DNA of 64,000 nt from Cyanobacteria bacterium auto_48_18 (GCA_036170915.1 JAVHQC010000005.1:36651-100650), one strand, 5' to 3'; positions 1-9,489 are shown, counted from the first letter of the stretch. Notes: a model not told the origin generated them from the letters alone. Made by a program: numbers and translations.

Positions 1-309
1 CGCTGCGGCAGCTCTTTTTCCAGCTTCGGTTGAAGGGAAGTACTGTGCGATAGTTTTGTAGCGACTTTTGGCCATAGCCCAGTTTTTTAGTTGGTGAAAA
101 CAGAGGGCATCGTAATACCAAAGCATCGGGTCCTTCTGTGTTTTCTTCAAGGCCTCTTCGAAGTGAAGGGAGGCTTTGGCGTAATCGCCTTTTTTATATG
201 ATTGCAGGCCGAGTTCGTATGACGTTTCTGCTGCTTGGGCACTATTTGCAGAAAAAACAACAACTGCGAGAATACTCAAAATGGAAATTTTCAAAGCGGT
301 CTTAGTCAC
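1..309 (-). CDS. TPR-containing exported protein, 5' part (runs off the left edge)
   Basis: Manual translation from GTG at 309: MTKTALKISILSILAVVVFSANSAQAAETSYELGLQSYKKGDYAKASLHFEEALKKTQKDPMLWYYDALCFHQLKNWAMAKSRY... Signal peptide plus TPR pattern, open to base 1. Not in the ORF track. Confidence 0.75.
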   Translation of the reverse strand, partial: MTKTALKISILSILAVVVFSANSAQAAETSYELGLQSYKKGDYAKASLHFEEALKKTQKDPMLWYYDALCFHQLKNWAMAKSRYKTIAQYFPSTEAGKRAAAA

Positions 310-337
310 TTTTAGCTGGGGATGGTTGAAGTATACT

Positions 338-1885
338 TTACTCAATCAGTCGCCAGTAGCGCAGTGAATAATCGTTACTGCCAGTGATAGCATTTTCTCC
401 ATCGGAGCTGAAAGCTAGACCGAACATGCCGTAGGCATTTAAGTTGAAGAGGCAGGTTTCGATGCCCCGGTCTGCACTCCAAATACGGAAGGTCTTATCT
501 AGACTACCGCTGGCAATTTTGCTGTCTGCTTTGATAAAACGAGCATTGCAAATCCAGTCGCCATGACCTGTGAATTGTTGAAGTTCGTTGCCGCTGCCCA
601 CATCCCAGGTGCGGATGGTAAGGTCGCGGCTGCCCGAGAGCAGCCTGCTGCCATCTGACGAGAAGCTTACGGTGGTAATGTCACCTTTGTGGCCGGTAAA
701 GTGACGGATGAACGAGCCATCGCGCACCCGCCAGAGGCTTATTACTTTGTCGGTGCCACCACAAGCAACTTGCTCGCCATCTGGGCTGAAGGCGACACAG
801 CGCATGGTGCCCTGACCCTGACACTCTTGCAATTGTTTACCAGTAGAAACATCCCATACGCGCACGGTGCCGTCATAACCGCACGAAGCGGCCTTGTTTC
901 CTGCTGGTGAAAAAGTACAGGCCGAAACTATGTTGCCGTGACCAATTAATTTCTTCAGTTCAACTCCAGAATCAAGATCCCATATACGTACTGAAGAATC
1001 GGTGCTGGCCGATATAGCAATGTTGCTGCTGGGAGACAAAGCCACGCAGTTGACGTTGTCTGTGTGACCTTCCATTTTTTTCAGTTCTTTGCCGCTGCTT
1101 AAATCCCATAAGCGAATGGTATCGTCGTCACTTCCAGATAGCGCCCGCGTGCCGTCAGCAGAAATCGCCAGGCCTTTTGTCCAGTTGAAGTGGCCGGTCA
1201 TTTTGAGCAACTCTTCGGCTTTTTTGACTCGAGGACATGCTTTCTGATCGCCTGGCATGCCGCCAATAGAAGCTATTCGCTCAGTAAAACTAGAACTGGT
1301 ATTGGCACTCGTGCCGGAATTACTATTGAAGCTGCTATTGGCGCTGGGGGTGGAATTGCTGCTAGTGTTCTGGGTGGAGCTGCTGGTCGTGCTCAAGCTT
1401 GATTTGCCATCAGATTTGGTGCGCACCAGTGACTTAGCTTCATCACTATCGTCGTCATCATCGTCGTTGTTATTATTGGTTTTACTCTTTATCGGTGCAG
1501 CAGCGGCAGCAGCTGCTGCAACTTCTGCCGACGGAATTTCAGTTCCCCTGTCCATGGCCTCTAACCGTGCCGTCACAACGTCTGCCTTAGCCGAGTTGCC
1601 TTGAGCTTGATAGACCTTACGCAATAGCTCCAGGCTAGTTTTCAACTCAGAGCCCTGAGCATCGATTTTTTCAGCTTCTTTAATGGCGTTTAGTAAACTT
1701 TGCTCGGCCTTCTGGTAATCATGATCGTTGAAGAATTTGCTGCCACTTTCGTTAAACGCTTTCCAGATAATTTCTTCCGCATTTGCCGGCAGAGTAGAAC
1801 TGAAGGAGAAAGCTGCTGCCAAGGCAATCATTTTGAGAGATAAATACTTTGTTGAGCGTCGTGTCGATACTGGCTGGTCTGTCAT
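338..1885 (-). CDS. Exported protein with N-terminal TPR helices, low-complexity linker and C-terminal WD40 beta-propeller
   Basis: Signal peptide ending ANA; about seven GH...WD repeats (GHFNW..IRLWD, GHTDN..VRIWD, GHGNI..VRVWD, GHKGD..IRTWD). Confidence 0.9.
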   Translation of the reverse strand: MTDQPVSTRRSTKYLSLKMIALAAAFSFSSTLPANAEEIIWKAFNESGSKFFNDHDYQKAEQSLLNAIKEAEKIDAQGSELKTSLELLRKVYQAQGNSAKADVVTARLEAMDRGTEIPSAEVAAAAAAAAPIKSKTNNNNDDDDDDSDEAKSLVRTKSDGKSSLSTTSSSTQNTSSNSTPSANSSFNSNSGTSANTSSSFTERIASIGGMPGDQKACPRVKKAEELLKMTGHFNWTKGLAISADGTRALSGSDDDTIRLWDLSSGKELKKMEGHTDNVNCVALSPSSNIAISASTDSSVRIWDLDSGVELKKLIGHGNIVSACTFSPAGNKAASCGYDGTVRVWDVSTGKQLQECQGQGTMRCVAFSPDGEQVACGGTDKVISLWRVRDGSFIRHFTGHKGDITTVSFSSDGSRLLSGSRDLTIRTWDVGSGNELQQFTGHGDWICNARFIKADSKIASGSLDKTFRIWSADRGIETCLFNLNAYGMFGLAFSSDGENAITGSNDYSLRYWRLIE

Positions 1886-4635
1886 TTGCGACTTGCTCCG
1901 CTGTGTCTGGTTCCATTTCCGGCATATCCAGAAGGTGCCGCGGCTTTGGCGCGACCGCCGGTAGATTTGCCACTGCTGGCAGTGCCAGGCTTACTTGATG
2001 AATCCACAGAGTCCGGCAACTCAATTGGCCCCAAGCCAGGTGATGGTGCGGCGGGCCTGACGCCAAGAATCAAATCGTTACCGCGCCATTTGCTGCGCAT
2101 CACCGGTGTTTGCAGCAGTCCGCGATCTCTCAAAACTTCTCTTTGTACTTCAGTCTCCATGAAGCTATAGGCATCGCCAAGCTTTGTCATAGAGCCATTT
2201 TTACGCAAGCCATCAATTAGATAACGAGTAAAGACACTGCCTTCATATCTTTGAGATTCCCACGAGCGTTGATCTGGTTTACTCGATGAAATCACCAGTT
2301 GTCCTGTACCTTGCACAATTGGCTCCACATCTACATTGCCTGGTCGAGCCATCGCTTTACTTGCGGTCGGTGCGGTAACACCGCTATGGCAAGCGTCAAG
2401 CACAACCATCACCCGGTCGCTATGAACACGGTCTTTGATGATGCGTGCAAGGTCTTGCATGGCGATGCCAGTGGCATAAAGATCTTGGGGGTCTGTATCG
2501 TGTGCCACCAAATAATTGACTCCACCAACATCCAAGCTAGAGGCACTACCATGGGTTGAAAAATAAATTACAACCAGGTCATCTTTCTCTGCCACCCGCG
2601 GCAACCATTTGTTGCCTAGCAAAGAGAGAATATTGGCTCTGGTAGCTGCCTCGTTTGTGAGCAGCTGCACATGATCTGGTGCGAAGTTTCTCTCTTTGAT
2701 CAAAAACTCGCTAAAATCTTGAGCGTCTTTAGCAGCGTATTTTAAATTGATTGAAGGGTCTTTAAACCGCCCGGTGCCAATGATCAGAGCCCATTTATCG
2801 CGAATTGGTCGATTAATTTCTATTTGCGAACTGTCCACAGCTTCGTTATTCGCGTTCTGATCAGAGGCATTGGAAGATCCAGATGCAGGCTGATGTGCGC
2901 TACTAGCGGCAGCCATGCGCACCAGGTCTTCTTGACGATCATCCTTGCGCTTTTGTTTAAAGGCTTCCACCGCTTGCTCAGCTCGCTTTGACACTTCCAG
3001 TGGCATGGCATATTCGGTCCAATTATGGCTGGCTCGCAGCATGCGAGTATCAGAGAAAATTGAGCCAGCTTCCTCAAGTTTAGAGCTAAGCATCAATTGC
3101 TTAGCACATTTCTCGAGCGCGAAAACTGCATATTTCTGGTTGCCATCACCCGATTGGCCCAACTTGGTTAGGGCTGTTCTAAACATGGCTTCGGCTTCAA
3201 CTAGTGAATTTTTCTTCAAATAAATATGACCGAGCAGCAAAAGATTGTTAGCGCCGCTTTTAACACCTCCGCCCTTATTTTTATCGAGCTTAATTACCTG
3301 TCTGACGATACGCTCAGCTGAGTTAAAATCGCCAAGAGAAAGGTCAAAAAGGGCCAGACGACTATAGTTTGTGGCTTGGTCGACACTGTCACTGCCAGCA
3401 GCCGAGCTACTTGAAGCAGAACCTTTTTCAACCTTTGCTGCAAGTTCTTTGCGCTTAGTTTCCATCAAGGCGGCGTTCGCTTTATTCGCTTCAGCTAAAT
3501 CGTCTGCGGCGCCACCAATATCTCCAAGCGATAGTGAAACCATAGCGCGGGCGTAAAGGCCTTCGGCATTGCGAGTGATTTGCAAGGCACGATCAAGATC
3601 GGCTTTGCTTTCTTCGTAGTGTCCCTGACTTGCCTTGATAGTGGCACGATCGACCAGGGCCGCTTGCATTCGAGGATTGATTTTCAGAGCCTCATCCAGA
3701 TGCGTGAGTGCTTGCGCCGATTGGCCTTTGGCCAGCTGCAGGTGACCTAGTTTAAATTGAGCATTGGCGTTTCCCGGCAGCATTCGCGCAGCATTTTCTA
3801 AATCACTAAGGGCTTTGTCGGTTTGCGAGAGCTGGTAATAGGCCATGCCGCGATAGTAGTAATCTAAGCCTTTCTTTTGCGATTTGGCAATGCTTTTTGA
3901 AAAGTAAGCTATCGCTTGGTTAAAGTGGTCGGTGGCGCCGGTGGTATCACCCTTGGCTTGCAATGCTTCGCCCCATTCATAGTGAACATCAAATTCTTTG
4001 CTGCCACCTTTTTTGAGAATGTACTGGTAGTCGGCGACGGCGTCATTATAAGCACCAAGTTGCAATTTGCAATCAGCTCTTTCTCTGCGCGCAGAAAGAT
4101 CGCTCCCTTCCGATTTGAGATAGGTGTCGTAATCTCTGGCAGCTCCTGCGAAATCGCCGTTAAGTTTCAGGGCCTGACCTCTCAACAGCAAGGCTCTGGT
4201 ATTTTTAGGATCAAGGCGCAAAACCTCGCCATAATCGCGGACGGCCGCTTCCTCTTCGCCCAGGCTGGCTTGCAGCTCGCCGCGCTGCAGATAAATTTCA
4301 ACGGCGTTTGGGTTGGCCTTAATTGCCTGCTCATAGTCAGCCATAGCGCCTTCATTGTCTCTCAGCTGGCTGCGAGCGGCAGCTCGTTTAAGATAGGCCT
4401 CGTAAGCCCCAGGGTGTTCCCGGAGAAGTTTAGTAAAGGTGGCTACAGCGTTCTCATATTCCTTCTTTTCAAGGTAGCGTTCGCCCTTTTCGAGAGGCTT
4501 GCTGTAGTCGTCGTCATCTGAGGCAAAGGCTGGAGGAGTGAAGACTGAACTGGTGGCCGGAATTAGCACGATAGCCAGACTTAAGGCAGTTCTGTTCGCA
4601 TACCTGAAAGCACGCTTAGCAAATTTCACTGTCAT
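1882..4635 (-). CDS. TPR-repeat protein with C-terminal caspase-like (peptidase C14/metacaspase) domain
   Basis: Many TPRs; KWALIIG, FSTHG (His) and DACHSG (Cys) dyad. Start moved to ATG 4635 (GGAG RBS, signal peptide ending AFA). Overlaps the WD40 gene by 4 nt. Confidence 0.9.
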   Translation of the reverse strand: MTVKFAKRAFRYANRTALSLAIVLIPATSSVFTPPAFASDDDDYSKPLEKGERYLEKKEYENAVATFTKLLREHPGAYEAYLKRAAARSQLRDNEGAMADYEQAIKANPNAVEIYLQRGELQASLGEEEAAVRDYGEVLRLDPKNTRALLLRGQALKLNGDFAGAARDYDTYLKSEGSDLSARRERADCKLQLGAYNDAVADYQYILKKGGSKEFDVHYEWGEALQAKGDTTGATDHFNQAIAYFSKSIAKSQKKGLDYYYRGMAYYQLSQTDKALSDLENAARMLPGNANAQFKLGHLQLAKGQSAQALTHLDEALKINPRMQAALVDRATIKASQGHYEESKADLDRALQITRNAEGLYARAMVSLSLGDIGGAADDLAEANKANAALMETKRKELAAKVEKGSASSSSAAGSDSVDQATNYSRLALFDLSLGDFNSAERIVRQVIKLDKNKGGGVKSGANNLLLLGHIYLKKNSLVEAEAMFRTALTKLGQSGDGNQKYAVFALEKCAKQLMLSSKLEEAGSIFSDTRMLRASHNWTEYAMPLEVSKRAEQAVEAFKQKRKDDRQEDLVRMAAASSAHQPASGSSNASDQNANNEAVDSSQIEINRPIRDKWALIIGTGRFKDPSINLKYAAKDAQDFSEFLIKERNFAPDHVQLLTNEAATRANILSLLGNKWLPRVAEKDDLVVIYFSTHGSASSLDVGGVNYLVAHDTDPQDLYATGIAMQDLARIIKDRVHSDRVMVVLDACHSGVTAPTASKAMARPGNVDVEPIVQGTGQLVISSSKPDQRSWESQRYEGSVFTRYLIDGLRKNGSMTKLGDAYSFMETEVQREVLRDRGLLQTPVMRSKWRGNDLILGVRPAAPSPGLGPIELPDSVDSSSKPGTASSGKSTGGRAKAAAPSGYAGNGTRHSGASRK

Positions 4636-4815
4636 TTCTCCATGCTCAGAACACCGCCGCTTGAGTGAAGCTCTAGTTTGACATATACAGCTATACCCTC
4701 CCTTTTTAGGAAAACGCCGCCGGAATATTAATATGGTCTCTGAATTAAACCGCAAACCCTTGCGCGGAAGCAATCAGCGGCAGATGAAACTTACAAGCTT
4801 CTCCGAACTGGTCTA

Positions 4816-4835
4816 ATATAGGAAGTGTCCTACGG
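4816..4835. promoter_or_regulatory. Putative PadR operator (ATATAGGA-N4-TCCTAcgg)
   Basis: Imperfect inverted repeat upstream of padR; the same ATATAGGA half-site recurs at 5501-5520. Confidence 0.6.
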
Positions 4836-4865
4836 GTCAGCGCTCAAGATTATTCTGGAGTTTAA

Positions 4866-5426
4866 ATGTCGCTCGCTCATGCAATTCTTGGTTTTCTTCG
4901 TCGTGGCTCACAAACGGGATACACTCTGAAAAATGAGCATTTCGATAAAAGTGTGGCCTATTTCTGGCCGGGCGATCAGACGCAGATTTATAAAACTCTC
5001 GACAAACTCGTAGAGCAGGGATTTGCCACAAGTGAAGTTGAAATTCAGCTAGATAGGCCAAATCGCAAAGTCTATTCAATTACAAAAAGCGGCAAAGTCG
5101 AATTAGAAAAGTGGCTCAGTGCGCCTGTTGAGCCTCCCGTATACCGCGATCCATTGCTCGTGCAAGTATTCTTTAGCGATTTCGTTGACTCAGAATCTAT
5201 ATTAGAAGTGTTGGCCAGTACTCGAGAAAAACATGCTGCGATATTGCAGCAACTACAAGCTATCAAAATTCCCAAATCTGGAAAGTGTTCAAATCGCGAA
5301 GAATTGTCCGGCCGTCTCACTTTAGACTTGGGTTTGAAGTCTAAGCAAGCTTATATAGACTGGATTGACGAGGCTACAGAAGCAATCAAGTCGTTAGACA
5401 AGCGGCAGAACCGACGGTCAAAGTAA
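4866..5426 (+). CDS. PadR family transcriptional regulator
   Basis: MSLAHAILGFL...GY.L...QIYKTL.KL...RKVYSIT..G signature with an AphA-like C-terminal domain. Confidence 0.92.
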   Translation: MSLAHAILGFLRRGSQTGYTLKNEHFDKSVAYFWPGDQTQIYKTLDKLVEQGFATSEVEIQLDRPNRKVYSITKSGKVELEKWLSAPVEPPVYRDPLLVQVFFSDFVDSESILEVLASTREKHAAILQQLQAIKIPKSGKCSNREELSGRLTLDLGLKSKQAYIDWIDEATEAIKSLDKRQNRRSK

Positions 5427-5500
5427 TTCAAGTACTTGATGTAGCCTGGCAAATGTGAAAACTTTGCAATTTTGGTGTGGCCGGCTATTGTATTTTGCAG

Positions 5501-5520
5501 ATATAGGAGTAGTCTTATAT
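5501..5520. promoter_or_regulatory. Putative PadR operator (ATATAGGA-GTAG-TCTTATAT)
   Basis: Near-perfect inverted repeat 38 nt upstream of the oxygenase ATG; matches the site upstream of padR. Confidence 0.65.
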
Positions 5521-5558
5521 CGGTTGGATCGGTTTTAACGTCAGTGAGGATTCAAAAG

Positions 5559-6932
5559 ATGGCTACCAGTGAAAAAGTTCTAGAACAAAGTTCGACAAAT
5601 GCGTTTCTACGAGCCAATTTTGCTCCGGTAACAGACGAAAATGTCATCTTTGATTTACCTGTCAGCGGTTCAATTCCGCTCGAGTTAAACGGGCGTTTCC
5701 TTAGAGTAGGGCCAAATCCCGTTGGCAAAGTCAGTGCTAAAAACTATCACTGGTTCGTGGGCGCAGGCATGGTGCATGGTCTTCGATTAACTCAAGGCAA
5801 AGCTGAGTGGTATCGCAATAATTATGTGCTCAGTAACAACGTCGCAAAAGAACTTAAAAGAAAGCCGTTGCCCAAATTGCGCAACAGGCGTGGTGGCAGT
5901 GTCAATACAAATGTTTTAAGTATCGCAGGCGATCTTTACGCCCTAGTTGAGGCTGGAGATTTGCCCATCAGGCTAGACAAAGATTTGCAGAGTGTCGCCA
6001 ATAGTGATTTTGGCGGCACCCTTGAGGGCGGATTCAGCGCTCATCCTCGTCGCGATCCTTCAACGGGCGATCTGCATGTAATTACGTACGAACCGGGCAA
6101 GAGATCTGTAGATTATCTAGTGGTGGACGCTGCTGGTCGCTCTCGCAAAGCTGCTGAGATTGCAGCGCCTCATATGCCCATGATTCACGACACCGCTATC
6201 ACGCCGTCGTATCTGGTGGTGCTCGATTTGCCCTTCACTTTCGACCTGGTTACTGCACTTGGCGGCAGTCTGCCGTATGCCTTTAATTCCAAGAGACAGG
6301 GTCGCATAGGGCTTTTGCCACGCTCGGGTGATGTCGGCGCTACAAAGTGGTTTGAAACACCACTTTGCTACGTTTATCACATTCTCAATGCCTACGAAGA
6401 CGCAGATAAGGTTGTGGTTGATGTAGTGAAAAATTCAACTAGTTTTGATGCCTCGATTTTGAAGCGCTCAATTCAGGCACCGATGCTGGTGCGCTGGATT
6501 CTCGACTTAGCCAGCGGCAGATTAGTCGAAACACAGCTCAGTGAGCGAGCCGTAGAGTTTCCACGTTTGAACGATAAGCTAGTAGGGCAAAACTATCGCT
6601 ATGGCTATACCGCCGAGTTTACCGCTAACCTTGAGTTTGGTAGCGCGTTCAAGCATGATTTGCTCAAGTCTGAAACCATCGAACACAACTACGGAGACGG
6701 TCGAGTGACAATGGAACCTGTGTTCGTGGCTAAAGAGAATGCTTCAGCCGAAGATGAAGGCTGGCTGTTGTCCTACGTTTTTGACAAAAACACAAATAAA
6801 TCAGATGTGGTCATTCTTGATGCTCAGAATTTTGACGGCGATCCTGTGGCAACCATCCATTTACCCGTGCGCGTGCCTTTTGGTTTTCACGGTAACTGGG
6901 TTAAGGATAGTGAATTGAAGGCAAGTCACTAA
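5559..6932 (+). CDS. Carotenoid oxygenase / lignostilbene dioxygenase (RPE65) family protein
   Basis: NFAPV, GRFLRVGPNP, HWF.G.GMVH; four Fe-ligand His (SAHP, MIHD, VYHI, GFHG). Start set to ATG 5559 after a GAGG RBS. Confidence 0.92.
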   Translation: MATSEKVLEQSSTNAFLRANFAPVTDENVIFDLPVSGSIPLELNGRFLRVGPNPVGKVSAKNYHWFVGAGMVHGLRLTQGKAEWYRNNYVLSNNVAKELKRKPLPKLRNRRGGSVNTNVLSIAGDLYALVEAGDLPIRLDKDLQSVANSDFGGTLEGGFSAHPRRDPSTGDLHVITYEPGKRSVDYLVVDAAGRSRKAAEIAAPHMPMIHDTAITPSYLVVLDLPFTFDLVTALGGSLPYAFNSKRQGRIGLLPRSGDVGATKWFETPLCYVYHILNAYEDADKVVVDVVKNSTSFDASILKRSIQAPMLVRWILDLASGRLVETQLSERAVEFPRLNDKLVGQNYRYGYTAEFTANLEFGSAFKHDLLKSETIEHNYGDGRVTMEPVFVAKENASAEDEGWLLSYVFDKNTNKSDVVILDAQNFDGDPVATIHLPVRVPFGFHGNWVKDSELKASH

Positions 6933-6971
6933 TCATTTCGCAACACAATTGCCATATTTTCAAAATAATCG

Positions 6972-7000
6972 TTGACAAAGATGCGAGCCGCAGTTAACCT
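6972..7000 (+). promoter_or_regulatory. Sigma70-type promoter of the arg leader/operon
   Basis: TTGACA (6972-6977), 17 bp spacer, TAACCT (6995-7000). Confidence 0.7.
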
Positions 7001-7021
7001 TCAATTCGTCACTGCTTTGGA

Positions 7022-7108
7022 ATGCAATCTGCAATGCCAGTTATCACCACTGCCGCCAACCGCCGCCGCCGCGAGTTCTCACCGAACCCGGGGCATCGAC
7101 TTGCATAG
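7022..7108 (+). CDS. Arginine operon leader peptide, 28 aa (MQSAMPVITTAANRRRREFSPNPGHRLA); alternative ATG at 7034
   Basis: Four tandem CGC codons at 7061-7072, located between the promoter and a terminator upstream of argF. Confidence 0.8.
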   Translation: MQSAMPVITTAANRRRREFSPNPGHRLA

Positions 7109-7134
7109 CTAAAAAGCAAAACAAGATTTGAAGC

Positions 7135-7165
7135 AACCCTGGGTCAAGCGCCCGGGGTTTTTTTT
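7135..7165 (+). terminator. Intrinsic terminator (attenuator) upstream of argF
   Basis: AACCCTGGG-TCAAGCG-CCCGGGGTT stem with a T8 tract at 7158-7165. The 5' arm can pair alternatively with ACCCGGGG at 7086-7093. Confidence 0.85.
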
Positions 7166-7201
7166 CGTATTAAATTCACGACCATTCAATTAGGAACAAC
7201 G

Positions 7202-8257
7202 ATGACTCAAATCAATATAGCAATTAAAGAAGACTCCCCTCCAGGCGGCATCTCTCAGTTTAAAACCGCTAAACCGCAGCGTATGGCTAACCCTGAAGGT
7301 GTTTCACCGCTAGCATTTGTTCTTGAAGAACACAGCATGAGGGGTAAAGATATCATCGGCATCGAGCAGCTCAATGCCACCGAAATCAATTTGATTCTTG
7401 AAGTTGCCGCTAAATTGAAGGCGCACAAATTTGACGCCACCCAGACGCTTTTTGCTAAAGGTCAAACTTTGACAATGCTTTTTGAAAAGCCTTCACTGCG
7501 CACAAGAGTGACATTCGAAGCTGGTATGACGCAGCTCGGCGGTCACGCCATCAACATCGAAACCAAACTTGGTGAGCGCGAAACAATTTCTGATGTGGGC
7601 AAAAATCTAGAGCGCTGGGTAGACGGCATCATGGCTCGTACTTTCGAGCATTCCACCATTGAGGCTCTGGCTGCCAATGCCAACGTTCCTGTAATCAATG
7701 GCCTATCTGACAAAGAGCATCCGTGTCAGGCGCTGGCCGACTTCCAAACTCTTATTGAACACAAAGCTAAAGCGGGCAGTTTAAAAGGAATAAAATTGGC
7801 ATATATCGGCGATTCCAATAATGTTTCCAACTCACTTTTGCTCACGGCGGCTACTCTCGGCGTCGACTTCAGCATCGGTTGTCCTCACAAGTATGAGCCC
7901 CAGGCCTCAATCTGGATGAAAGCTCTGGAGCTGGCCAAGATATCCGGTGCCACAATTACTTTATCGAACGACCCGCATGTGGCGGTGGCCGGTGCCGACG
8001 CAGTTTACACAGACGTGTGGACATCAATGGGTCAAGAGGCCGAAGCAAAAGAACGAGAAAAAATATTTGCACCCTATCAGCTCAACGCCGCTCTTATGAA
8101 AAGTGCCAAAGCTGATGCCATCATCATGCACTGCTTACCTGCTCATCGCGGTTTAGAAATTACAGACGAAGTGATAGACAGCCCAAATTCAGTGGTTTTC
8201 GACCAGGCCGAGAATAGATTACACGCGCAAAAAGCAATACTTGCTCTAGTGCTTTAA
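7202..8257 (+). CDS. argF: Ornithine carbamoyltransferase
   Basis: FEKPSLRT, HPCQ, DVWTSMGQE, HCLP and QAENR motifs. The start may be further downstream (about 45 aa N-terminal extension). Confidence 0.95.
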   Translation: MTQINIAIKEDSPPGGISQFKTAKPQRMANPEGVSPLAFVLEEHSMRGKDIIGIEQLNATEINLILEVAAKLKAHKFDATQTLFAKGQTLTMLFEKPSLRTRVTFEAGMTQLGGHAINIETKLGERETISDVGKNLERWVDGIMARTFEHSTIEALAANANVPVINGLSDKEHPCQALADFQTLIEHKAKAGSLKGIKLAYIGDSNNVSNSLLLTAATLGVDFSIGCPHKYEPQASIWMKALELAKISGATITLSNDPHVAVAGADAVYTDVWTSMGQEAEAKEREKIFAPYQLNAALMKSAKADAIIMHCLPAHRGLEITDEVIDSPNSVVFDQAENRLHAQKAILALVL

Positions 8258-8268
8258 GGAGATAACAA

Positions 8269-9489
8269 ATGAAAAAAATATTGCTGGCCTACTCTGGTGG
8301 GCTCGACACCTCATGCATTTTGACCTGGTTAAAAGAGAAATATAATGTGCCAATCGTGGCTTATTGCGCCAATGTCGGCCAGGACGAAGATTTTGATGCC
8401 GTACACGCTAAGGCATTGATAACCGGTGCTGAAAAATGCATCATTGACGATTTGAAGAACGAGTTTGTTAAAGACTTCATCTTCCCATCTATTCAAGCTA
8501 ATGCTGTTTACGAAGCCGTCTATTTGCTTGGCACCTCGCTCGCCCGGCCCTGCATCGCTCAAGGCATGGTTGAAGCTGCGCTGCGTGAAGGATGCGATTA
8601 CATCGCCCATGGTGCCACTGGTAAAGGTAATGACCAGGTGCGTTTTGAATTAGCAGTCAAATCGCTGGCCCCACAACTTAGCGTCATTGCTCCCTGGCGT
8701 GAATGGGAGTATCAAAGCCGCACAGATCTCTTTGCTTATGCTGAAAAGCACGGCATCCCTCTGCCGATCACGAAAGAGAAACCTTATTCCATGGACGCTA
8801 ATTTGATGCACATTAGCTATGAGGGTGGCATTTTAGAAAATCCGTGGCAGGAAGCGCCGGAAAACATTTACTTGTGGACCAAGAATCCTGAAGAGGCACC
8901 AGACAAAGCTCAGTTTGTTGAAATTGAATTTGAGCAAGGCGTGCCGGTTGCCATTGACGGTGTGAAAATGGGCCCTGTGGCATTGATGGAAAAGGCCAAC
9001 GAAATTGCCGCCGCCCATGGTGTCGGTCGCATTGACTTGGTGGAGAATCGTTATATTGGTATCAAGTCTAGAGGCGTGTACGAAACTCCCGGCGTCACCA
9101 TTCTGATGCAGGCTCACCAGGCCGTTGAATCGCTTACTTTAGACAAAGAAGTAGCGCATCTAAAGCAGTCGTTGGTCAGCAAAATTGCCGAGTTAACATA
9201 TAACGGATTCTGGTTTGCCCCTGAAACACAACTGCTGCACAATTTCATCAAAGATTCGCAAACTTGTGTCAGTGGCGTGGCCAAGATCAAGCTCTATAAG
9301 GGCAGCTCTATGGTGGTGGCAAGAAAATCTGAACTCTCACTTTACAGTGAAAAAATGACAAGCTTCGAAAATATGTCGAGCTTCAACCCCGCTGATTCAG
9401 GCGGTTTCATCAATATTAACGGTCTTAGACTCTCTGCCTGGAGCCAGAAAAATGCAAGTATTAAGAAAAGCGTTCACGCAACAGCTTGA
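8269..9489 (+). CDS. argG: Argininosuccinate synthase
   Basis: LAYSGGLDTS, HGATGKGNDQVRFE, KSRGVYETPG. Confidence 0.97.
   Translation: MKKILLAYSGGLDTSCILTWLKEKYNVPIVAYCANVGQDEDFDAVHAKALITGAEKCIIDDLKNEFVKDFIFPSIQANAVYEAVYLLGTSLARPCIAQGMVEAALREGCDYIAHGATGKGNDQVRFELAVKSLAPQLSVIAPWREWEYQSRTDLFAYAEKHGIPLPITKEKPYSMDANLMHISYEGGILENPWQEAPENIYLWTKNPEEAPDKAQFVEIEFEQGVPVAIDGVKMGPVALMEKANEIAAAHGVGRIDLVENRYIGIKSRGVYETPGVTILMQAHQAVESLTLDKEVAHLKQSLVSKIAELTYNGFWFAPETQLLHNFIKDSQTCVSGVAKIKLYKGSSMVVARKSELSLYSEKMTSFENMSSFNPADSGGFININGLRLSAWSQKNASIKKSVHATA

Noticed and set aside
3916..4521. Long antisense or alternate-frame ORFs (e.g. 3916-4521, 23135-23740, 28991-29410, 58043-58564)
   Set aside because: They lie entirely within well-supported genes and show no motifs; treated as shadow ORFs.
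4636..4773. N-terminal 46 aa of the 963-aa ORF, and similar extensions at 5472, 13713, 16838, 42972, 43655, 48532, 58558 and 61219
   Set aside because: Downstream starts have an RBS, a signal peptide or paralog-aligned N-termini, so the extensions look like longest-ORF artefacts.
7165..7181. Possible ARG box (CGTATTAAATTCAC) before argF
   Set aside because: Single, poorly matching site with the wrong spacing, lying downstream of the terminator rather than over the promoter.
9452..9489. 38-nt argG/argH overlap as a frameshift signal
   Set aside because: Both proteins appear to have their core motifs, and short overlaps are ordinary in operons.
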